Assembly: GCF_964194025.1 (NCBI RefSeq)
Contig: NC_134480.1
Location: forward strand, 26,474,001 to 26,538,000
Direction of reading: 5' to 3'
DNA length: 64,000 nucleotides
From: Convolutriloba macropyga
Taxonomy: Eukaryota
Notes under the pieces: model-generated
What the model saw: only the letters and a program-made list of their open reading frames with translations
Database searches by the model: none
What the model was told of the DNA's origin: nothing
Shown: positions 47,801-60,375 of the stretch, piece by piece
Numbering within the stretch: position 1 is the first letter of the stretch
Layout of the letters: each line of letters begins with the position of its first letter
Made by a program: the position numbers and the translations under genes

Positions 47801-50285
47801 CTCACCGTTTTGTTATTTTTTGTTGTTCTGTCGGCTAGTTTCGTTAACGATAGGTGATAACTGCTCTCCAATTAGGCATAAGTGGATATCTTTAAGTACT
47901 TGAATGTTTTAGCTAATCACTGAATTGGCTTCGACACCATTTGGTTTCGAATTTTTTTGAATTTTTTTGTTTTCAGCTTCAGTGCTGACTTTGTTGCATG
48001 TTCCCCCAATTGTTTTCATTGAAGTTGATATACTCCCTTTATGTATAGATATTGAGAAATACGTTGAAGAATTCAAGTTTCAGTTACATGATTTTATGAC
48101 ATATATCACAGATCTTACCAATATTCGTTGTAAAACCACAATCTTTTCTTTCATATAATTATTTTTTCTGCTTAGACGTTTTTTTTTATGATGAAAAGAA
48201 AGTTTTTTCTGCAGAAGCTACGAAACACTAAAACATGTGGAAGCCCATTTGGTTCAGGAAAAAATTGAAATTATCTCAGCTTTTTGAGCCATCTATGCAA
48301 AATCTCAAACGACAGGCAAACCCAAACATCCCAATCCTAGACAGGTTAACTGAAATTGTCGGCTGGTTTATTGTGTCATCTTATGAATATATTTGAACTT
48401 CTTTCACATTAAAAAGCCATCTTTACACAATTTAGGAAACCATCTAACGATTTGACACTGCAAACCTGACAGACTTTTGCATCTGATATTTATCATGATA
48501 TTTATCATAGCTTATCATAACGTTTTTTGACGTTAGACCCAATTATCTTTAACTGAATTATTTAAGTTTTTGTGGCATTTGAAATTTTGATGGGTAAATA
48601 ATCTTTCATTTCTTAATTTGATTAATGCTTGCAGATATTTGTAGATGCACGACCTTTTTGGATAAAGGGATAGCTTCTGAAGGGATAGCTTTGTTTCGCC
48701 TTACTTGACCATTTTGTTTGAAATGCGTCATTGTATTGCGCAAAAAAATTCAAAAGATTGATAAATTTGTTTGTTGTTTTTGTCTACCTTTTATCCGAAT
48801 GATATTGGTTACAGTTATTTCATGGGGGTTGTTGACATTTTAAATTCTTTTGAAGTCTGCCGTTCAATTGAGCTGAATTTGAATTGGAGACAAAATTGAT
48901 ATTATGAGTAATGAGTCTTTAATGTTTTGTCGCAGATTGACCGGTGTTGCATTGCGTAAGAGGTTGAAAACTGTGTCACAAAGCGTGAACACTGATTTGA
49001 GCTGTAATAGTTGATTTGAAAAACAACTAAATCACGTTTGAGATGTGAAGAATTAGAGCTTTGATATATTTTACCAATTGAGCTTTTAGGTGTCTTTATG
49101 TTAGCCTCCTTTATGTTTGATCTTCAAAAGTGAAAGCAGAACAATACCGTCAGATTAAGAGAGCAGATAGAAAACCATACTCAAGTCTTTAATTCACTTC
49201 GAATGAATTCTATTTCACGGCACGAAACAGTTCAAGCTCTAAGGAGCTTTAAATTACATAAGTCCATGACTTTTATATTCGTTAATATGACCATACGCGC
49301 TGTTATTGGATAGTTGAGTCTCGATCTTTTCCGTTGTACCCATAGTACGTTATACGTCACAAGTCACGTGACATTAATTAATAAATCATTATGCAAATTA
49401 TGCCACGAACGTCTGGGTGCGCAAATAATATGCAAACACTTAGCGGGGGAGACATAAACAGAAAAGATCCATTGAGTTCTGGATAGTTCAGTTACTGGAC
49501 AATTTTTGGTCACGTATATCTGTAAATATTGTTCATCGGACTGTTGCTTTTAAAAAGCCGTTGTAACCCGGGTCGACAAATTTTCCGAAATTATTTAAAA
49601 AATGCGCTCGTGTGAGCATTGAATCACACGATTTTTCGTGTGATAGTCGCAAATCGTGTGTTTTCAAGCGAAAAAGATTAACTTGTGTGTAAATTTTTCA
49701 TACGATTTTTCATGTATTATGAAAACATGGGTTGAAAGCCGAAAAAACCCCAAGTTTCTCATTGCCGGACAATATGGTTACAAGATACGTTTTGTGCAAA
49801 ATTTATAGTTTGTGCAAAATCCCTCAAACTTCACCAAACAGTCGGGAAAAGAGGCCATCGGCTAATTCTTTAGCTAAGATCTATATTGAATTACCACTAT
49901 TAATTTCGTCATCTTTTCACACTTTTTCAAGGCATAGTTGTAGAGACAACACAATAAATCGCAAGTAAGGGGGTAAAGTGATAATTGTTTCTGCCCCCTG
50001 TTCTACAACTGAAGCCTTAAATTGTATATAAAGTGAATCACTGTCTCTCATTTCTAGTGATTTTTAAATCACTTTTGGTTGTTGAATCCAAAAAAGTACA
50101 TGAAAAATCATTGGAATTCCGCCTAAAAATCGCGTATTTTTTACCTAATTTCTCGCGTAAAAAGAATCACACGATGAAAGGCCGATTCACACTAGAAATG
50201 CTGTAAAATTACACGATTCTCTCGGGGATAATTCCCAAGATTTTTCGTGTGATTCACACGTTAAATCGTGTAATAGTCATGCAAT
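41815..50285 (+). repeat. Near-identical 4.2-kb tandem duplication (41815-46051 / 46052-50285)
   Basis: Paired spurious ORFs offset by 4234-4238 bp; only scattered substitutions and small indels. Confidence 0.96.
41947..42386. mobile_element. MITE-like element with ~110-bp inverted arms (duplicated at about 46184-46624)
   Basis: TTTTTTCTTCACTTGATTGACAC..GATCGCAACACAGG versus CCTGTGTTGCGATC..GTGTCAATCAAGTGAAGAAAAAA; no clear TSD. Confidence 0.7.
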
Positions 50286-50537
50286 TTTTCGTTTGTTTTC
50301 AACCAATTTTTCATGTGTTTTCAAACGAAAAATCGTGTGGTTTTCACACGAAAAATTGGCTGAGAACACGCGATAAATCGTTTGAATTTTACATGATTTA
50401 TCGTGTGAATCACACGAGAAATTCTGAGGTTAACCCCGAGAAAATCGTGTAATTTCACATGATTTATCTTGTAAATCAACTTCTTATTGTGTGATTCTTT
50501 TTACGTGAGAAATCGGTTAAAAATAAACGATTTTTTT
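50125..50537. repeat. Large imperfect palindrome rich in CACACGA/TCGTGTG motifs (foldback-like element); only the left arm is retained at about 45891-46051
   Basis: TTTCTCGCGTAAAAAGAATCACAC versus GTGTGATTCTTTTTACGTGAGAAA, and TCGTGTGATTCACACG versus CGTGTGAATCACACGA, symmetric about ~50325. Confidence 0.8.
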
Positions 50538-50590
50538 TTATTTCAAACCATTAATTTTTCAATTATGCGTTGAAAGTTTGTGGCTTCGTT

Positions 50591-51008
50591 GGATTTTTTC
50601 TGTTTCTGCCCCCGTCGTATATAAACAGTCTCTTTTCACCCCTAAATATATACTTTTGAATCCTTCCTTAGAGGTTTTTCAGTGTAGTCACAATAAGTTG
50701 CCGGTATCGGCAGACGATTGAATGGATTTTTGTTTCCGGTTGTCGAAAAAATTAGTAATATAAAACAATCTTATGAAAGATTAGCGCAAAAATGGTAAAA
50801 CTACGCATTATTCATTGTCTGTCTATATCGTAAGAAAAGTTGAAAAAATTTAGATATGCTAATTGCAAAACACCGCTGCATAATGAATTTGAATGTGCCG
50901 GTTTTGCATAAATGTATATGTAAGTGCATGAAATGCAAACAATATGCTATAACATGTATAGGTGGGGGTTGCAAATGGACGTGGAGGGGGCAAAAACAGA
51001 AAAGATCT
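50591..51008. mobile_element. MITE of a GGAT..TTCTGTTT / AAACAGAA..ATCC family
   Basis: Inverted ends; flanks GCTTCGTT and GCTTTGTT (7/8). Related ends at about 45210-45236, 51360-51539, 54000-54167, 54934-55092 and 59400-59545. Confidence 0.55.
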
Positions 51009-53077
51009 GCTTTGTTTCAATAACGACAGGAAAATGCTTATCAAAAATATGATAAATACAATACGTAATATAGCGCATTTTGCTCAAAAAACACTTTAAT
51101 CGTTAAAAAAAACTGAACGTATATTTTACATTTTTGCTCCCTTTCCCAGTCCTAAATAACCAGTGTGTTTGGACCCCCAGATGTGTATTTTCTGTCCTTA
51201 GAGATCACTTATAACAGTCATAATAAATTGCCGACACACAAAATTGGATGGCTTTTTGTTGCGGTTACAGAAAAAAGCACTGCCATAAAGCCAACTTTAT
51301 TAAAGATATGCGCAAAAATAGAAAAAACACGCATTACTATCGGTCTGCTTGCGTTATAGGCAAATTTGAATTACGATAAATGTGTTAATTTCAAAAGTTC
51401 GCTTCATCATTAAATTGCAAATACTGTTTGTGCATAATGGCATATGTAATTGCTTGAAATACAAACAATATGCCATAACATGCGAAATGGGGGGGGGGGT
51501 TCCAATGAACGTGAGGGATGGCAGAAACAGAAAAGATCCAACTGAAATTCGAAACAATTAATCCAAAAGTATTCCTCGAAAAAAAATCTACAGATGGGAG
51601 AAAGCGCTAAACCGAGTTGCGGAAAATTGACGAAAATGAGAGAAAGAAACTTTTGATTATCAAGTGTTTTAAAAACAAACGGAAGGTAGAGAACATAAAA
51701 CTTCCACACTGCAAAAGTAGCAATTAGGCTTGGATATTACACCACTATATTAAATTGAAAACCCAATTATGTGGGCTTATTGGATCAAATTGAAGACACG
51801 ATTAAGTTGAAGCCTTCATTTAGTGGATGGAATATATTGCAAGGAATTGATGTTGGGCGCTTCCAATGACCTACTTAAATATGAATGATAACGATAAATT
51901 TTATCAGGAATATTTTATTTTATTTTTTTTTCATATCAGAATTGCAGATTTTTTTTTAAAAAAAGGAATTAAAACTGTAAATCTCTGCTATTGAAAACGT
52001 ACTAAAGGACAATTTTGATAGAAAAAGCACACAAATGAAATCAACTATAATGACAAAAGTTTTATTTTTCATCGAACCACTTTTTCTGACAATATCAATA
52101 TCTATTTGTTGAAATGCTGGTCAACTTTTTTCTTTCGATATTAGATGACTGTTAGTAAGTAAAATCGGGAATTCAAAGAAATTTTAAAAAGCTGAAGAAA
52201 AATTACTCAGTTAGAGGTGGCATTCCAGATCAACACTGAATAGACTTCGAATGGTTATCTCGCAAGCTATTGGCAAAAACTTTATCAAAAATCATGGCAA
52301 GATGTCGCAAAACCATTAATCTTCTTTCATAAATTTCTTGCAAACTCTTTAGCAATGTTGCAAGGTAATTTCTCCTTTCGTAATAAAATCAAGCATAATC
52401 AGCTTACAACTACCATATTTCTAATTAGGGCAAAATTTACAACTTTTATAGGCGAAGTTTTAATTCTTTTCTGCGCAAAACTAAAAGATTTCAGAAAGAA
52501 AAGAATGCCTTCTTCGGATATTATCAATTATATCAGTTTATGCTAGCATGGAAAGGAGAGGAAGCGATTTATACATAGCTCACTTTGTTTCATGCATTTT
52601 GAAAAATTTAAACAATTTCAAACAATTTCAAACTTTGAAAAAATTTCAAATATTTTTTTTCAACATTTTGAGGTTGGAAATATATAATATTATATTGCTT
52701 TTTAAATCTAAAGACAAATTTTTGAATAAACAGAAATACATCACTTTGATTTGACATGTCATCAATGTATTGAGTTTGATAATTGTATTGATAATTGCCT
52801 TGAAATGGGCAACTTGGGATATAAAAAACTGAGTAAAGGTGATAGAGAGCAGTCAACGGTGAAATCAAATGGTCAAAACTTGGTGGCTTTGCGCGACTGC
52901 AATTCATTGCTCTCTTAAACAAAAGGTTGGAAAATATGAAACTTCATATCTATTTGAGTAATGTGACAGAGGTTTTAAATATTGGCGAAGTTTCTTTTCT
53001 TTTCCCTTTCTTTATTAGATGCATCCCTCACAATCAGGTGCAACTACATGTGTAGGTAGATGTTAGTGACTATGTAC

Positions 53078-53227
53078 CTGCTTCAGTAATGTTGACTTTC
53101 TCCTGTACCCTGGATTTCGGGGATAGAGAGGAAAATGCCTCACACCTGTATGTACCCAACACTCCACTGTCTATCTGAGTCACTTCCACTTTCCCGAGCA
53201 CTTTTTTCCTATTCTGGTTGATCTCAC
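53078..53227 (-). CDS. IgSF gene exon: C-terminal half of I-set Ig domain
   Basis: Acceptor ttttgcag; EINQNRKKVLGKVEVTQIDSGVLGTYRCEAFSS..VNITEA; donor gtacat; 150 nt, phase 1-1. Confidence 0.9.
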
Positions 53228-53822
53228 CTGCAAAATGAACAAAACAGCTGTTATCCCCAACATTGCAACACATTGAACAAAATCGCTGTGGTCTCAAAAG
53301 ATGTTTAAAAAATAGATCACGCGTCAAAATGAACCTCGGGACAGACAAACAAGTTCCACGACATTGTTAAGATTTCAAGCAACCCTTAAGAAATAGCTCG
53401 ATGGCCGAAATTGTCCTAGTGGAAATTTTTGTAAAGAGAAACTGGGAGCCATTTGCAACAGATCGTAGCGGTTAGTAGCTTGCATTAAATTCGTTTTGAA
53501 TAAAGTGGGGCTGACCAACTTCAGACAGCGATCTAATCATTAGCTTTGCAGGACAAAACATACGCAGGTTCATACAACCCACTTTAACTTTAGAAATAAT
53601 TAAAACCACTGGGAAAATTTATCCTGTATATGTTGTATAGTCGCACCTGACCCCTGTCGGCGACCCAAGAGGGTCTAATTATACTGGACTCAAGTCCCGA
53701 ACCCCGGCCTTCGTTCCAGTTCCATGATACTGTAAGGACCATATATTAGAAACTCACTTGAAAGCAAAAACTACCATATGGTCAAAATAGCTTAAAACTT
53801 TTTTCTCGGCAGGTCGACTAAC

Positions 53823-53981
53823 TGTGAACTTTGATGTTTTGGGTGTTGTTGAGTGGTTTTGTCTCGTCTCCGTAGAACCACTGTATGGTGGGTGTTGGGT
53901 TGCCATGAGCTAGACACTCTATCGTAGCTGACTCGTGTGTCATCGGGTACGCATTCTTCGTGTATTTGATCTCAGGTGGAA
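53823..53981 (-). CDS. IgSF gene exon: N-terminal half of I-set Ig domain
   Basis: Acceptor gtgtttag; (F)PPEIKYTKNAYPMTHESATIECLAHGNPTPTIQWFYGDETKPLNNTQNIKVH; donor gttagt; 159 nt, phase 1-1. Not in the supplied ORF track. Confidence 0.93.
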
Positions 53982-54379
53982 CTAAACACAAAAATAATCC
54001 GATCTATTCTGTTTTCTGTTTTGCCCCCCCCCCCCAAGTGTTTTTTGACCCCCCAGTTACAAATTATATGTTATATAGCACCTTACTATGTAAGAAAACA
54101 GCAAGTGTCCCTGGGGGTCATAAAAGATTTATGCTCATTAAGCTAGGGCAAAACAGAAGATATCCCGAAAGCGCTCAAAGGCTCAAAATCTTTTTTTAAA
54201 AAAAAACTTATCAATTAAATTTTCGAGTCTTCGCAAATCGTCAATGCTAATGGTGCTACTGGCTATCGGAGAAAATAGAATGACTGTTGTTACAGTGCAA
54301 AAAGGAATTCTGTGATTTGCTCTCATATTTCTGGCGCTCTGCACACACATTGGCATCCCACTTATCTTCATTGTTTCTG

Positions 54380-54491
54380 TCTACATGTGAAGACTTCTGA
54401 TCTTAACTCGGGTTCGAACCACCAACCTTCTGGTTATTCAGCATTGTACTTCTGCATTTCCAGTGCCTACACCACGGGGCTACGCCCCCGG
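54380..54491 (-). mobile_element. tRNA-derived SINE head / tRNA-like pseudogene
   Basis: Minus strand has GGGGGCG-TAGCCCCGTGG (A box-like) and GGTTCGAACCC (B box); spacing is longer than in a tRNA and no acceptor stem forms. Confidence 0.55.
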
Positions 54492-54722
54492 TTAATAGCG
54501 CAGCTTCAGCAACTTTTGAAGTGCTTTTTGCTTTGTGATTTCCCTTTTCAAAGACAACGATCATATAATCAGCATCGAAAGTCTAATTGAGGGAGCGGTT
54601 CAAAAATAGTGGTTTGACAAGATCGTTTCCGGTTTTTGTATAACCCCTTTTAGAGGGGAGCTACACAAGACCCTTTCCCCATCCAAGTTAACGTATTCTA
54701 CCATAAAGAGAACTATTTTTTC

Positions 54723-54758
54723 GTGTGTGTGTGTGTGTGTGTGTGGGGGGGGGGGGGG
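54723..54758 (+). repeat. (GT)n microsatellite followed by poly-G
   Basis: Direct reading. Confidence 0.9.
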
Positions 54759-54933
54759 GTTTAACGGGAAAGCAACTTCTATGCTGCGTGAAAAGGCCAA
54801 AGTGTTTTGGCACTGATTGTGGTATCCTAATAAGAGCCACTCATTACAACCAGTCATGAAGGAACAAATAGGGAGAGGATCTTTGAACAATTTATAATCT
54901 ATAAAACCAATGGTTGTCTTTCATTCAATCTTT

Positions 54934-55092
54934 GGATTATTTCTGTTTCGGCCCCCAGTGTTTTTTATTCCCCATTACAATTTATGTGTTGTCATATAGC
55001 ACGTTACTATAAAAAGTATAGCACGTGCGCCTGGGGGGGGAGGGGGGGGTTGTAAAAGTTTGAGCTGGGAGGGGTTCAAACAGAATAAATCC
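54934..55092. mobile_element. Short MITE of the GGAT..ATCC family
   Basis: GGATTATTTCTGTTT and AAACAGAATAAATCC ends; interior resembles about 54000-54167. Confidence 0.6.
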
Positions 55093-57499
55093 AAATAATC
55101 CACAATGATACATATATGCAAATTTGTCATGAAAATCGCGAAGATCTGCTGTGCCAGAAGTTGCAATGCTAGAAGTTCATGCAAACATTGACAGAAACAA
55201 AAACATCATGATTTCTTGGAATGGTCTGTCAATCAGTTTCGTGATGCTTTTATAAGTCACGCTATAGAAATTCTGTTGCACACCTCGAGCAGCTATACGA
55301 TTTGCGTTTATGTATTTCGTAAATATAACTGGTAACCATTAAAACTTTGACAAAACTTTGATGGAAGTTTTCTGGAAATTACCCAGAATAGGACACTGAG
55401 AGCAGTAAGAAACAAAATTGAAGTATCGAATGCTGACGTCAGCATTACAGCAAACTTTTGCAAAGAAGTTTTCTTCAACGGATCGCATTTGCAAAAACTG
55501 ACATGCTTTCCGCGAGAAACAACCCAAGTGGGGTTCGGATGTTAATTTTGAAAGATCTTGCAAGATTCACATCCGGTCTAAACCAGGGAAAAAACAGTAA
55601 TAAAATGATTAAGAATATAATAACTTTGCTTCAAAAATTAATTTAAAAGTTTTCAAAATTTTCTGCTTCATTACGCTCCAAAAAAATTACAACTAAAGTG
55701 TGTTCAAAAACTCCTCTTTGGGTCGTAAAACCTAATCAAAACACAGTAGAATCTCTAAAATTCTGCTTAAGTTGTGAAAACAAACGAAAGAACAGCTAGA
55801 ATACTATGTTTCAATTAAAGATTCCTGCTTGTTTTTGATCAAATAAGAGATCTCAAACGCTTGACGATATTTGAGGTAAGTTTGTCCTATCTCCTCCAGT
55901 TTTCCACAAATACTCACCCACTTTTTCAAAATCGCATCACTGAAAAATCTTTTTATCATTTCTCAGGTCTTGCACTGAACTTAATATTTAGTAGATTGAA
56001 AAACTAATCAAAACATAGTGGGCACACAAATTCATCAAAAAAAATGCGGATCCAAAGATCAGACCTCCTGAAGATAGCTGTTCCTACATTTAAAATCATC
56101 TAAAAATTTAGACTGCAAAATTTGTGACAGTTTACTAATCATTTTAACAACCATATTGCAATCAATTTACACTCATTCAAGTTGTTGCGATCACATACCT
56201 AAACTGTGAAACTAAACTCTACATCTGACCAATAGACAAAACTTTTGAACTTCGCTAAATGTACTGCTTAATGTACTGCTTTAATTCTGAAACCAAAATG
56301 GCTTTATTTCAAGAAATGTCAAAAATTAGTTCAGAAAACCGGCAATTTTGTTTGTTTAGAAATGATTTTAATGCTCTTCATGACAAATTTTGTGCTTAGA
56401 AGACACTAGTCTATTGTTCTAACGATGCTAAATCAACCTATGCCCGAATGCTGTGTTTAAATCCCTTAAAAGTGCAGATTTGTCTAAAAAACCGTGAAAA
56501 CGCGAACTTTGACCCAAAATATCTCTCAAGGTCCCAAAGAGTTAGGACCCTAAAAAGGGGTTGACACACGCCCTGGGGCAAGTCCTACATCATGGTGCCA
56601 ACCACAAGTGCTAGTTTTCTGGAAAATTTTGGAAGTGCTGGTTTTTAAACCTGATTTTTAACTGTTATCACCAAAATATCTTATTTTTTTGTCTGTACGT
56701 TTCATACCGCAACCATTGTAAGCTTAACAGCTAACAGTGATGCCCCCTAATGTAACCAATCCCATTAGCTATCATTTTGAAGCAATGTTATATTTTTATG
56801 TTGTATTATTTTACGATAAAACACTTTCATACTAGAATTTCCCTCATATAGTGCTAAATTTGATGTTATGCCATATGTACACGCTTTGTGTTGAATGTGT
56901 TTGCTATGATAAAGCAAGCAAGACTCCAATAAGTTATCCCAGGGCTTTACTTTCATATCCATAACTGATTATATTATTTTAACAAGGAATGATTACGATT
57001 TAACAAAGATATGAATCTATCTCGTTGTGCTTTCATAATGTTTAAAACATATTCTGTTTTAGGCTATAAATTTCACAAGAGTATTAGATTATATGGTTCC
57101 CCCTTTCTTAACAGGACAATGTCATTTTATTGAGAAATATCACTATGAAACTCAGAACATGAAACAATGGTCAAAGGCATTTGTGTACTCAATGTTTATT
57201 CAGTAATTCGAGTAAATTTCCATTATAATCTTTTAATGTTCATAATTAAGTACATTACGCGAATGATGCTGTTCTGTTGTTTGTGGCATAGTTCGTGTCA
57301 TTTTGGAAATTTTACAGACTTTATAAATCAAATGGAACGTTGAGACGTTTAATTGTTGCGTAATTTTTACTTTTGACTTGCGTGCTGGAACTTTTGTTAT
57401 TTTGTGTCCTGTTTAATGAAAATATCATGCGTAGGAAATTGATTAGAACAATCATTGCTCTCATAAAGAACAGTCGGCACTAAGAAGTGTTGATATTAA

Positions 57500-58900
57500 T
57501 TTTATAGAAGATACTTATTAAAAATACAGTCCTTTTAAATCTTTGTTTTAACGAACCAGGCTGCGTAACGGTGTAATTCACTTCAGTAGTTTTTTACATC
57601 AGCAGTAACATCAGTTGATGACCATTCTAATAGCTCTTTTGTGCTTTATATGGCTATAAATAACATAACAAATGCTGTCAGATGTCAAAATTTAAATACT
57701 GTTGAGATGTGCCGCAGTCGAGGCTTTAAAAGGAAAAGTATATTTGATGAATAACTTTGAAAAAAAAAAACGCAGGCAAAAAGTGCACGCATCTCTTAGC
57801 GGTGAATGTGTAAATTTTTGCAAAATCATTTGGTTGAATAACAGTTTTTATTCATCATATGTATTGCAGTGGTAAAAATTTGTCTTTTAATGCATTAACT
57901 GCAATTTTTACAAAAGTGAACTCAGTCTCCCTATTCCTGCGTAGCGGCAATTTTTCTCGCATTGACTCAGTATTTATTCATTGTTCTTAGATTTCCTTTG
58001 CATTTAAATCTTATTCGCTCCATTTGTCGATAAAAATGTCCATGGGGTTTAGGAATAACTTAGGAAAAAAACCCAAACAGTTTAGTAGGGGGTCAATAAC
58101 GAAAATAAATACACAGTCGAACATACGTTTTAAATTAGATTGATCAAAAGCCTTTTCATGGCAATGGTCCAGCATGTTATTTTCATGGGTCGAGCAAAAG
58201 TTGTTCTTTCGATTTTTGGTCAAACGTGGTCTTCTTTCAAGCATTTTGGGTCAGGTATTGTCTACTCATTGGTCAAGCAAACGTCTTTTTTATAGCTTTG
58301 CTTTTTTGCAAATAAGCAGTTGTTATTCATTCCAGTCTTTTGAATTACCATTCTCCAAAAACATTCCGGTTTTTGATAAATGATAGTTCTCTGAAACCTG
58401 AAAAATGTGAGAAAAATCAAAACTTATAAGCAAAAGGGAGCAAAAGTAAAATTTTGAGGCAAAGATGCAGACGCATGGGAAAAACGTTTACCTGATCCAT
58501 AATTTGGCAGTAGCTCGATCCAGATTTTGTAACTTATCAGTTTGAGGAAAATGACCCATGAAAAGATGTTTTTTCCTTGATTTTGAATTGACTTTTACAC
58601 GACGCTATTTTTACTGCCCGATAATTTTGCTCGAGAAAATGTCCAGTGCCCAATTCTGATTGAGCAAAAGCACAGCGAAACTTCTTTCCTCTCCATAGCA
58701 CTTTTGTGTACATCATCTCTTCTGCAAGCCTTTTTTGGTCGAGCATTCTTTGTGCATAGGTCAAGATCTAGACAGGGGTTTTCAGCGATAATTCACCGCT
58801 GACAACACAAATCCATTTTAAAAGACAATCCTAAAAACTGCTGATAGGTTATAATCCGCTATAAGACTTATTCATTTTTAGAACTTCTGTGACATTTGCA
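57500..58900 (-). mobile_element. Very decayed LINE RT fragment (intronic)
   Basis: HFLEQNYRAVKIASCKS..SFHGSFSS resembles SFLxxRxxxV..S..GVPQGSxLSP; boundaries uncertain. Confidence 0.35.
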
Positions 58901-60060
58901 GTTTTACCCCTGAAATTTATTTGCCTGCCACTTTTACTGCATAAGCGACAAAAATTATCTTTTCACAACCATTCTATACATTCACCTTAACTCTTAATTG
59001 TTTTGTTGAGATCTCGACCGTGGGCTACTTTTGTTCGTAAAACTTTTTTTAGGGATGCCACAAGCTACAAAAATTATTTTAACTAAATTAGAATTAAACA
59101 TTTGTTAGTTGGGCACTTTTTTGTTTTTGCTCTCTCCATCCAGCTTTGTACAGGCAATATGTTTCTTTGACCAAGCAAGAGATACATCTTTGGTTACTTT
59201 TGCATACTTGTTTTGATAATGGTATTTTTTGTCGACATCAAAGTTAAATTGAAGGGATTTTAGCTCTCACTTGCTTGAAAAATAGTTTGATAAAATTATA
59301 ATTGGACAACAAAAATATCGAATTGATAAAATCATGCATTATCTAAATGCCTCTTACAATATAGGAAAGTTTTAAATTCTTACATACGCATTGATTTAAA
59401 AACTTTGCTGCGTCATTATGTTGTAAATGCCGTCTGTGCTCAACTGTATATGTGTGAATTTATTAGATGCAAACAATATTTTACTACATGTGTAAGTGGG
59501 GTGTGCAAATCGACGTGGGGGGGGGGGGGGGGGGGGGGGGGGCATTACGGAAAAAAGTTTTTACTTGTAATTAATAACTGATGTCTTATCCTACATCTTT
59601 ATTCAAAGAAAATAAATCATTTTATTTTCACTTGTATTATAAATTACCGGAACAAAACTTTTTGGCAAAAACGTAACAGCATTTCAATTCTAATTTTTTG
59701 ATGTTGAAAATCGAATTTTTTGGGAACTGCTTCGTTCTCCCGCTCGTGAATAAATCTTGCGTTTTCATTACCATGATTAAAGACATGCTACACTTTCGTG
59801 CATTTATTAATAGTTTTCATTGTCCGATAAAAAATGATACTAGCCAATAAAATCAATACGTACCAATATAAACAGATAAAAATGTCAATTATTGAGGGCA
59901 GTTTTGACCTTTAATTTACTTAACAAATTGATTTTGTTACTATCAAGTGGCCTATAGTTGTGTGATAACCAAATTAATAATCAAATCAAACAGAGATTTA
60001 TAATCTACTGTTCTGTTGAATATTACATTTCTGACATCGGAATAAACAAAAATAACTTAC

Positions 60061-60375
60061 ATAGAACTTCCAAGTAGATCTCGTGGGATATCACGAATGA
60101 ATTTGGGAAACGTGCATTGTGCGCTTTACAAGATAACTTTCGTCCATCCATACTTCTCAGAGAAGGCGTCGTCAACGTCGAAATGATCTTTTGCCCCTTC
60201 TCGACGACCTCAATTGACGTCTTTCCATCCACGTTGATCAGGGTCTTATCAATATACCATTTTATATGGGCTACGGGGTTGCTATAGTTACAGGTACACG
60301 TCGCTTTCAGCACCCCCATTGGGAAATCCAGGGGCTGTTTCGAAATCAAGTGGACGTCGGGTTGAGCCGGGAGGT
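60061..60375 (-). CDS. IgSF gene exon: complete C2-type (CD80/nephrin-like) Ig domain
   Basis: Acceptor tcttccag; LPAQPDV..ATCTCNYSNPVAHIKWY..ISTLT..MDGRKLSCKAHN..LEVL; donor gtaagt; 315 nt, phase 1-1. Confidence 0.94.

Noticed and set aside
55918-55940. Possible 22-nt micro-exon (cag..gtgagt) on the minus strand
   Set aside because: It has a stop in the required phase, and the flanking exons already join in frame.
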